Assembly: GCA_013265495.1 (NCBI GenBank)
Contig: MU059902.1
Location: 4,361,862-4,425,861, forward strand
Source of the DNA: Vicugna vicugna
Lineage: Eukaryota
DNA length: 64,000 nucleotides
Direction: 5' to 3'
How positions within the stretch are numbered: the stretch's first letter is position 1; each line of letters starts with the position of its first letter. Shown in pieces: positions 21,544 to 30,297 of this stretch. The translations under genes were made by a program, and so were the position numbers. A model generated the notes under the pieces. The model was not told the origin of the DNA. It made no database searches and saw only the letters and a program-made list of their open reading frames with translations.

Positions 21544-22938
21544 CCCTCTGTGCCCTGTGCTGCTAGAAAGGGAACTGGGCTTGAGACACGAAGGTCTTTG
21601 GAAGATGAGGAGGGAATAAAAGCATTTTCTCCCAATTTGATTTGCATTTAAAGTCAGAGCTGTGGCTCCCTGTCCGCTGGGGCTGAGGAGGTCCCCAGCC
21701 CAGGCTTTCGGACACGCAGGACCTGCCTCCCACCTGCGTGGCTCCCTGCCCTGTAGAGTCAGGCTGAAGGGCCCCCACGGGGATGCCAAAGTGGCTGGAA
21801 ACCCGCCCTCATCTCCTACCACCCAACTCTCATCCCATCTGGGGCCAGGCCGGAGCTGGAACGGGGACAGAGGCATGGCCACAGGGGACTGCGATCAAGG
21901 CTCTTTGGACGGTGGGCAGAGCGGGGCCCAGAGCCAGGTGACCGGGGGACGTGTGGCCCCACCACTTACAACCTGACTGTAAACTCAGGCAGTCACTTCA
22001 CCCCCCACGTCTCAGGCTCCTGTCTGTCAGATAGGATTGCCGAGAAGACTGAGTTTTGAGACGTCGAGAGTGCTCCAATGAGCTGCGGCTGGAACGTCCA
22101 CAGGAGGGGACCGTGTGCCCCCGGCCCCCAGCCCGGCGGAGGCCTCCCCGGAGTGGAAGCACGTCCACCTCCAGGCCTGGGGGCCCGTGGGTCTCAGAGG
22201 AAGAGAGCGAGGTCTTTGATGGGCACGGCCAGCATCTCCCAGCTCCACGTCTGGTGTGTTTGTGCATTTTTGAAATCCTGACAGAGACGCTGGCGCCCCC
22301 GTGACCGCCCTGCCGAGGCCCCTCAGGACAGCAGGAGTTCTGCCACTAATAAGCAGGCCCCCCGCCGCCAGCCCAGCTGGGACTCCAGCGGGAGCCCTGT
22401 CCCCGGCCTTAACGAGGCCAGTCGCATCCAGGCAGACAAAGGTACGAGCTGCTGGCGGACGGGCCGCACCAGGGCATCTGGCCCTCGACTGCGGGGACAG
22501 ACCTCCTCTTACAGCCTCAGCAAAGGCCTTTGGGCGGGAGGGGGACTCACTTTCCATCTGAATCTCATTAGGTTCCTTCACCCAGCGGCTACTCTGATCA
22601 CTCAGTGGGCTCTACTGGCTTCGGGGCAGGAGGTGAGGGTGGGAGATGTGACTTGGAGCAAACAGGCCGCTCGTTAGGGCTGGGATTAGGACCTGATCAT
22701 TCATTCCTACTTCTCAAAGCAGCTGGCTCCCCCGGCCCTGGCTAAGCGCTGTAAGCAGAGTCCCCTGGGGGTCACGAGTGCACCCCAAGAAGACGCCTCC
22801 CCCGCCCCGAGCCTTCCCCCGACTCTGACAATGACGTTCCCCCTGCAGCCCCCACATCAGAAGGTCAACAAAAGTAAGAAAGAACATTTTCAAATATCTG
22901 TAGCCCTAGAAATTGGTTTCCTGCTGGTAGAAGGGACC

Positions 22939-22946
22939 TGACGTCA
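22939..22946. promoter_or_regulatory. Full palindromic CRE in intron 5
   Basis: TGACGTCA. Confidence 0.3.
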
Positions 22947-23755
22947 CGTTCAGGAGGAAGCTCTGGGGAGGGAAGATGCTGTCTGTGGATGAGCGAGACG
23001 AGCGTCCTCTGGAAACACAGCGTCAGAAAGGAAAACACAGAGCCCTGGCCGCAGCCACTGCCTGTGCGTGCGGGACGCGCAGCCCCGGGGCCGGGACGCT
23101 CTCCCCCCAGCAGCCCGACGTTCGGGAGGCTCAGCTCAGAAGAAAGCAATTTACCGTTAGCATTAAAGTCAATATCACTGAAAGCAAACCGAATGTTCCC
23201 ACCCAGCAGAGCATGGAAAATTCAGAGCGTTCTGGTGCCGGTCTCCGGCTGCAAATTAGTAGATGCCTCAGCTCTTCACTTCCCTCCTTTATCATCTTCT
23301 TTCTTATCTCTTATTTTTATATTTCAAAATTGTATTTTAATTCTGCTCTGTGCCCTCCCCGCCCCCCGCCCCGTAAAGACACGTGATGGAGGCCCGGCCT
23401 GGCGTCCGCCCGCGGCGCCGCGGCCCTGTCTCCTCTTGTCGTGGAAACAGGAGCTGCGCTTGGAGCTCGCTTGGAGAACTGGGGTCCCCGGCGCTGCAGG
23501 GGAGCGGCACCCGCAGAACGACCGGGTGCCGAGTGGGGGCTCGAGGGTGTCCATCGGTCCCTTCCAGGGGGACCCGGGGGCATTTCTCATGAGTGCAGCA
23601 GAGAGACCACAAGCCCAGCCCTCTGGCTGGCAACCAGGGCGGTGATGCCCTCAGAATTCTACCTGCCACATCCGGAAGGGAGGCGGGGTGAGGGGGTGGA
23701 GGGAAGGTCAGGCAAAGGGACAATTAATCAAGGTCCCAGAAAAAGAGGTACTTAC

Positions 23756-23814
23756 CATGAAACAGACACATGGCGTCTGCCCTGCCCCCAGGAGGTAAAA
23801 AAGACTTCGGCCAG
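23756..23814 (-). other. AJAP1: AJAP1 exon 5 post-stop segment (59 nt) ending at a consensus donor
   Basis: TCATG|gtaagta donor, GT at 23755-23754; total exon 5 length 132 nt. Confidence 0.88.
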
Positions 23815-23887
23815 TCAGCAGGAGATTTCAAACCACTTCTCAGACACAAAGGCCACAGGAATAAGATGCCGGTCAGAAGAGGAGGGT
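23815..23887 (-). CDS. AJAP1: AJAP1 exon 5 coding part, (R)PSSSDRHLIPVAFVSEKWFEISC* (canonical C-terminus)
   Basis: acceptor ctttctgcctgctgcag|A; 73 nt = 1+24 codons ending in TGA at 23817-23815; CG (exon 4)+A gives Arg; matches recalled canonical C-terminus. Confidence 0.96.
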
Positions 23888-23980
23888 CTGCAGCAGGCAG
23901 AAAGGCGGGCTGGCACGTGCTGGCACCCGGCACCCCACCAGCCGGCCGGCTTGGGCCCGCCCCCGAAGACTGGCTTCTTA

Positions 23981-24090
23981 GGAGGAGGGTGTCGCTCTGG
24001 GCAGGGCGTGCGCTGCGCACGCGCGAGGTCCTGGGTTCAGTCCCCAGGACCTCCGTTAAACAAACAGACAAGCCTAGTTACCCCCTCCCC
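23981..24090 (+). mobile_element. tRNA-Ala-derived SINE (Vic-1-like), strongly GC-shifted copy in intron 4
   Basis: GAGGGTGTCGCTC...CGAGGTCCTGGGTTCAGTCCCC...GTTAAACAAACAGACAAGCCTAGTTACCCCC aligns end to end with the 9807-9954 copy. Confidence 0.85.
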
Positions 24091-25692
24091 TACCGATAAG
24101 GAAAAGGACCCTGGCTTCTCGGGTAGAGGGGAGCCCCAGGGAGGTGATGCTCGGCCCGGCCCCGCTGGCCTCCCCGCCCGGAGCCGGCCGGTGTTCCCTC
24201 CCGCCCTGTCCCCGGAGGTCACACAGCCTGAGGCGTCCGTGCAAGGCGGAATCTGGTGCTGAGGCCCATGGTGGTGCCATCTCCAGGTTTTAGTTTTTGA
24301 CTTGCAGGATGAGAGCCAGGCTCAGCGTCTCTGCCTCCACCCGCTTCACTGCATGTTATAGGGAGGGCGGGGCCTGGCGCCTAAAATGCCGCCCCCGCCC
24401 CGGTGTTTCAACCCTTTGAGACTGAGCTGCCACTTCCCAAGGCCGGCGAGAGCCAACAGAGCATCACCTTCAAACAGAAAGCAAGAACCTGTTCCGCCCG
24501 GGGTTCCCACGCCAGCCAGCTGTGCGCGCCCTGCCCGCGGCCAGGGGCGGAGGGTGAGGGCTGTGACACCCCGAGACCCACCCGCCCCTCTTCCCCCAAA
24601 GGCGGAAGCGCTGGCCGGCCGGGGCTGGCACCCAAACGGGCACACACACGTCAAGGTGACGGTCTGAGAATCCGTGCACACACGGCCCTTGGCGAGGCTG
24701 GGATGCAGCCCACGAGCTCCCCAAACGTCGCTGAGTGGAAGCCATGGTATTTAGAAGGACCATCCTGAGGTTTCTGCTGCCCCCTTCTCCTCTGGGGAGG
24801 GGGCATCTCAGACAGAGAACACGGCGGAGTCCGGCTGTAAGTAAGTATTAAAGGAGCTCCCACTCGCTCTCGGGGACAGGACAAGGCGACATCAACTCCG
24901 GGAACAGCCCCTGCATCTCCTGGACGTGGGTGCAGGGCGGAGCCCCTCAGGGCACTGGGGCAGCGTCCCGGCTTCCCCACTGCTGACCGTGGGCCCTCAA
25001 GTCCACCCGGGGTCCTGCTCATTTCTTCCTAAGATTTTTAAGTTGTGGGATAAATTTTTTTTTATTATTATTTACAAAATGCTGCATGAGTGAGGGCTCA
25101 CTCAAAAAAAAAAAAACTAGTTTATTGCTGTTTAATCTAATTCTGGATGAACCTTCAGAAGTGACTCAAGGGTTTCTTGCACACCCCCGGGGCAGTGAGA
25201 GGCGTGTCTTCTTTGAGGGATTGTGTATGATTAATAAAAAAGGGCACTTAACAACCAGGAGTCGGGCTGGTGTTTGATATTTTCGCTAGATTTGCTGCCG
25301 ACATTTTATTGATGGGGGTTCAGAGATGCTGGTGGGGGTGGGGCGATCAACACTCGTGGGTATCTGGGGAGCTCGAGACTGCGAGGCTGGCTTTGGACTC
25401 TGGGCAGTGAGACTTGCTCAGCCTCCGAGACGTGGGACCCAGGAGCGCGCAGGACAGTCGGCGCGTAGCCAGGTGCCGGGGTCTGGACTGGACCCCGACC
25501 GCGGCCGCGGCCCCTCCCTGGAGGGCAACAACAACACCTGCTTGCGTCTGCCCCGCCCCTCTCGCCTCCCCCCTCCCGGCCGCCTGCACGTGCGAGGGCC
25601 GCCGGCAGGACGGGAAGGCCGCCTCACCCCGAGCACAGCCCGGCACCCCCAGGAGCGGGCGGCGACCGCGCCCGGCTGGCGCCTGTGCTTAC

Positions 25693-25935
25693 CGGTTCCC
25701 GTTGAACGTGGATTTGTACTCCCCGGTCGGGCGCAGCGTCTCGTCGGTGTACACGGGCACGGACGCCCGGACACACTCGTGCGAGCACTGGAGGGTCTCG
25801 TTGTAGGCCGTGAAGATGTCCAGGCTGCTGGGCACGCGGGCGGGCGTGAAGTCCGTCAGGTTCTGGCAGCTCTCCTCCTGCTGGGCGGCCTTCCGCTGGT
25901 GGCCGTTCCTGCGCGCGTTCCCGCTCTGGGCACAG
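25693..25935 (-). CDS. AJAP1: AJAP1 exon 4, cytoplasmic domain CAQSGNARRNGHQRK...SSLDIFTAYNETLQCSHECVRASVPVYTDETLRPTGEYKSTFNGNR
   Basis: 243-nt exon (1+80x3+2); acceptor gtctctccggcccag|, donor CCG|gtaagc; translation matches recalled AJAP1 cytoplasmic tail. Confidence 0.97.
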
Positions 25936-28147
25936 CTGGGCCGGAGAGACGTCGCGGTGGGCGGCGGGCGGGCGCCGGCACCCACAGCCAACGCCAGCGC
26001 TTAAAGCGGTGGGACCGTCCCCTCCAGGCATTAATTATCCATCATTTAGTATTAAACGGTAATTCCCAGCCTCTTCAGAAAGATGGACCACAATCAAGCA
26101 ATCAGCGCTCTCTTTTTATTTTTTTAAGAAAATTCGAATTTTAAATGTGGTCATTATTGCAGGCAGGATTCTGAGGTAAGTGGCTGAGCTGTGTTATGGG
26201 GGAGCTGAGGCCTCCTCCGGCCACAGGATGTCAGCCGGACAGGGGAACTGATTACGCTTCCCCAGGAGCGTCTGAATGGGATGGACACCAAGGCAGGGGC
26301 CCGTGGGGAAGCCTTTGTGCCCCGGTTTGAGTGGTCATCGCTCGCTGGGACTGGACCATGGAATTATCCTTGGGGAGAATTAGGGGGTGGGAACCCCGAT
26401 CCTCAGCCCCTCCCCTGACCCTGCTCACAAGCTGGAAATGAGACCGGATCACTGGGTCTTGGAGAGAACTGTGCTGTGTGCCCCGTGGGCACCTGCCTCC
26501 ATTCCCCGTTCTTCTGGGCCACAGAGGCTTCCAGACACTGCGCAGACCACACACGGGACCCCGCCCTTGTGGGCCAGGAGATCTGATGGAGAAGACACGT
26601 AGTGACCTCGCCAGCCCCCGGAGGTCACTTCTATGGCAAGTCCACAAGGATGGAGGGAGGTGTCCCCACGGAGGAGGGCAGGGAAGGGGAGATCCCAGGA
26701 GCCTCACTGGGGCACCAGCTCCCTCCCTCTCCCCCCTTCACGCTCAGAGCCTGTGCAGAGGGGGCTGTAAGGGGCGGGGGTCCACGAGCCCATCTCCCCG
26801 TAAGCCATTTCCATTCCCTGCCACGTCTTCCCAATGAGAGGAATCCTGGTTGCTGGCGGGACGCCTCGCCCACAAATGAAGGTGGGAAGACGGGTATGAA
26901 AGCCGGGGGCCCCTCAGCAAGAGCGTGGAACCCCCCCTACACCCTGGGGCGTCCTCCCTGAAGGAGTCTTGGCGGGCTTCCTGCAAACCCCAAATGCAGG
27001 ACAACCAGGAGGAAGGCTGCCTGCCTGACACATAGCGAGACAGCCGCAAAGTGGGCCGCCTCCTTGGAGGGAGGGGCTTCCCCTCATGGAGCCGGCCGGG
27101 GGCACTGGGGCCACCGCGCACGCACGCGGCCCAGGGCCCCGGAGCCCCTTCCCCAGCCAGGCGGCCCTGCCCAAGACGCCCCGCCGGGGGCTGAGTGCCA
27201 TCCACGCCGCCTGCCCCAGAAAACGCCCTGGGTCCCGAATTTGCTGGCCGCCATCAGGAGGCCACTTCCAGGCCTTTCCGGCTCGGCGTGAGGTCTGTTC
27301 CGGGGTGGTGCCCCCAGCCCCATCCTCTCTAATCCTGGAGACCAGCTTTCGCTCCCGTTTCCATGCTTCTCCGCTCCCCGGAGGCCCAGGGCGGCCCCTC
27401 CCCTCAGCCCGCCTGACCTCCTGTCTGGTCAGCGGGGGGTGGGGGGTGCTGGGTGTGTTACTCCACAAGGGCGGGTGGCTTCGATGCTAAAAGGAGCCGC
27501 GTTGCTGGAGGAGTGGCAGCAGGGAGGCGTGCGAGCAGCAGGGTCGCCCAGCAGAGCCCGGATTTTCCCAGGGGTGGCGCAGGTGTGTACACCCAGCAAG
27601 GCCAACCTCAAAGTAGGCCAATTTCCAGGAGGAAATGGGCAAAGACAGGCTGCCTGGAGCAAAGCAGTAACCTAGTTCGGCAGACCCAGAGCGGCCTCAA
27701 GAGGAAGGCAGGAGACAGAGAGGCTGGCGGGGACAGCCGGGGACAGCGAGGGGCAGGCACAGACCCCCCCCCCCGCCGCACCCCCGCACCCAGGCAGCTG
27801 GTGGGAAATAATGAAAAACGAGCTGGGAGGGTGACATTCAAAGGGCACTGGGATCTGAGAGACGGGCTCTGGGAACAGGACACCTGCTGCCGCCTGTGGG
27901 ACTAAGTCAAGGGGCCCGGGCTCGCCACCGGAAGGAAGGGCCATGCCAGGCAGCGAGCCGCCCACCCGCCGGCCGAGCTGCCCAGGGCAAAGGTGAGGGG
28001 TCGAGCGTGGAATTCACCAGCAAACAGAAGCAACTCCCTGGGCTGTGCGCCGGAGCAGATTTGAAAAGCAGAGGCTCTTCTGTGTGCACTTCCCCAGGGA
28101 CCCCCGTGGACCCCTGTTTCCAGGCCAGCAGGGCCGAGAAGCCTTAC

Positions 28148-28235
28148 CAGTTTTTTAAGACAAGAGTTGTAATCAGAGCAGCTATGACCATGATGAGGGA
28201 GACGGTGATGGTGATGATCTGATGGACCGCCAAAC
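28148..28235 (-). CDS. AJAP1: AJAP1 internal coding exon (exon 3 in human numbering), transmembrane segment GLAVHQIITITVSLIMVIAALITTLVLKNC
   Basis: 88-nt exon; acceptor tctctgtctccag| (AG at 28237-28236), donor CTG|gtaagg (GT at 28147-28146); phases fit exon 4; peptide matches recalled AJAP1 TM domain. Confidence 0.96.
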
Positions 28236-29594
28236 CTGGAGACAGAGAAGCAGAGAGGGGAGCCATGAAACCAGGGGCACGAGATTCAGGGGCCCAGTTG
28301 GGAATGCTCTGAACACCAGTCCCCTCATGTGCCTGGTGTCCCAGCAGGGGACCCCAGTTGACAGGGCCACGTGTCCTTTCTTGCACCTGCCAAGCCCTTC
28401 ACCTGGGACAGGTGGGCTCTGGTGGAGGCACTCCCCAAAGACCCATCACCCCGCCTTTCTCTCCTGCCCTGGGTAGGTCCTGTCCTGGAGTCTGAGCCCT
28501 GGGGCAGCTGGCCTGCAAGCAGGAGCAGGGTTTGGCCTGATCCAGGAGGAGCCAGGACAGCCCAGGATTTATTGGGAAGATGGGGAACACGTGGGTTGAC
28601 ACTCTCGGAGACTCAGGCACTTGGATCCCTGGGGAGTATCTTCCCCTTTTCAGAATTCTCTCCAAGAACCACACTGCCGGTTGAGGCTCTGGGGAATAAA
28701 AGATCCAGGCCCACAGCTGATGCTTCCCCAAGTCCCAGGGGAGCATCTGCAGCCTGGCCTTTGTCTCTGCTTTGTGTGTGTGTGTACATGGTGGGGAGGA
28801 GGCAGCAGGATGGGGACAGAAGGACCAGCCACTCCAGCAGCAGGACAGCCAGAGCCTGAGGGAGAGCAGCCTGTGAGCCCCACTGGAGGACCAGGATGGC
28901 AAGGACAGGAATTCTCTCCACACTGTCCCTTTGCCCCTTGCCCCTGCAGCATCATTGTCCACCAACCACAGATGTAGGGGGAGGGGGAGAAGACAGGCTG
29001 GTAACATTCCCCACCTCTGGTTCCCTCCCCAGCTAGGTCTCTCCGGACAACTCATCCATTACATCCTTCCTGGGACATGGACATTAAGGCTGAATCCGCT
29101 GGTCAGTGTGGGCCACCTGGAAGGTCCAGGGCCCTGAAGTTCTCTGCAGAGAACCCTGCAGGTGGCAGCAGCCCGCCCCACGCAAGTGTCAACTCCCCAC
29201 GTCCTCCCACCTGGGTCACTTGAGCATCTGTCTCTCTCCACTCCCGGCATCCAAGTACAGAGGCCCACCCTTCGCACCCGAGGCCCCGGCGGGTCCTGGG
29301 GTGAGAACATCGCGTGTGCGTGGTCCAGCATGGAGGTTTTCAGGGTGTAAGAGTTTTCTGGTGCCTCCCATGAACACAGTGTCACAAACAGATGTTACCT
29401 CTCTACTGAAGAGGATCCTCGTGGGGGAATTGCTAATAAATGATTCAAAGTTGGCGTGACCAGAAAATGAGCTTTCTCTTCCTGGTGGCCTCACTTTTGG
29501 GCTATTTCTGCTTGTCCTGAGGCATTCCCTTCCTGAGCCAACAGGATAAGCTCCCCTGAAAAACTGGAGAAGATACATGAACGTCACGGGACTC

Positions 29595-29670
29595 CCTCCA
29601 TTCATTCTTTAAGCCATTGATTCTATAATCATTTATTGAGCACCTGCTGCACGCAAGGCAGAGGCAGTTT
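29595..29670 (-). mobile_element. L2 3'-end fragment
   Basis: ccattcattc...catttattgagcacctgctgcacgcaaggca. Confidence 0.6.
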
Positions 29671-30151
29671 TGACCAGCTTAGCCCTGGTGCCCGCTTTTA
29701 GGAGCAGCTGTGCTGGTGCCCATTGTTTAAAGTGGCAGCGTTCACTGTGGGTTCCGGCTTCCCATCCACCTGTGCCCAATCTGTGGCATGTGCTACAAAT
29801 CTCTGAGCCAGCTTGCCTTCCCCCTAGGACTGCCAAATCAGCTTGCCAATGGGGCTGAAAGCGACTTATGCCGTAGGGACCACCCTCAATCTTACCAAGA
29901 AGGATGTGCCCACCAGCCTCAGGGATTGCTAGTTATTCACAAGCTTCTCTGAGACCCGACTCAGACTTTGTTGGGAGAGGGAGGTTGAAATGGATGCCCA
30001 GTCTAATGGACACCTGGGAAAGATGGCTGCTCAGTCTTTCCTCACCCTCCCTCCATCTACACAATCCCAGCCCAGTCAAGAGATGAACATGCTGTCATGA
30101 AGTCATGAAGAGTAGGTGCTCATCCTTTGTGCTTCCTGTGATGAGAAGGAG

Positions 30152-30297
30152 GCTGATGTTGGTGATGGTGGTGGTGATGATGGCGGTGGTGCTCATGATG
30201 GTGGCAGTAATGATGATGATGATACCGAAGATGGTGATGATGATGGTGACTGTGATTATGATGATGCTGGTGGTGATAATGATGATGACGGGCATGC
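30152..30297. repeat. Degenerate (GAT/GGT)n trinucleotide repeat
   Basis: gatggtggtggtgatgatggcggtggtg...gatgatgatgatacc...gataatgatgatgac. Confidence 0.9.

Noticed and set aside
23797-23803. UUUUUUA slippery-like heptamer after the stop
   Set aside because: It lies after the stop and is out of phase for a canonical -1 frameshift in the readthrough frame
23815-23820. Cys-UGA (TGC TGA) as a possible Cys-Sec dyad
   Set aside because: AJAP1 is not a known selenoprotein and I could not identify a SECIS by eye; only a SECISearch hit in the UTR would reopen this
25326-26144. 272-aa plus-strand ORF overlapping exon 4
   Set aside because: Antisense shadow ORF; the very high GC3 of exon 4 removes stops on the opposite strand
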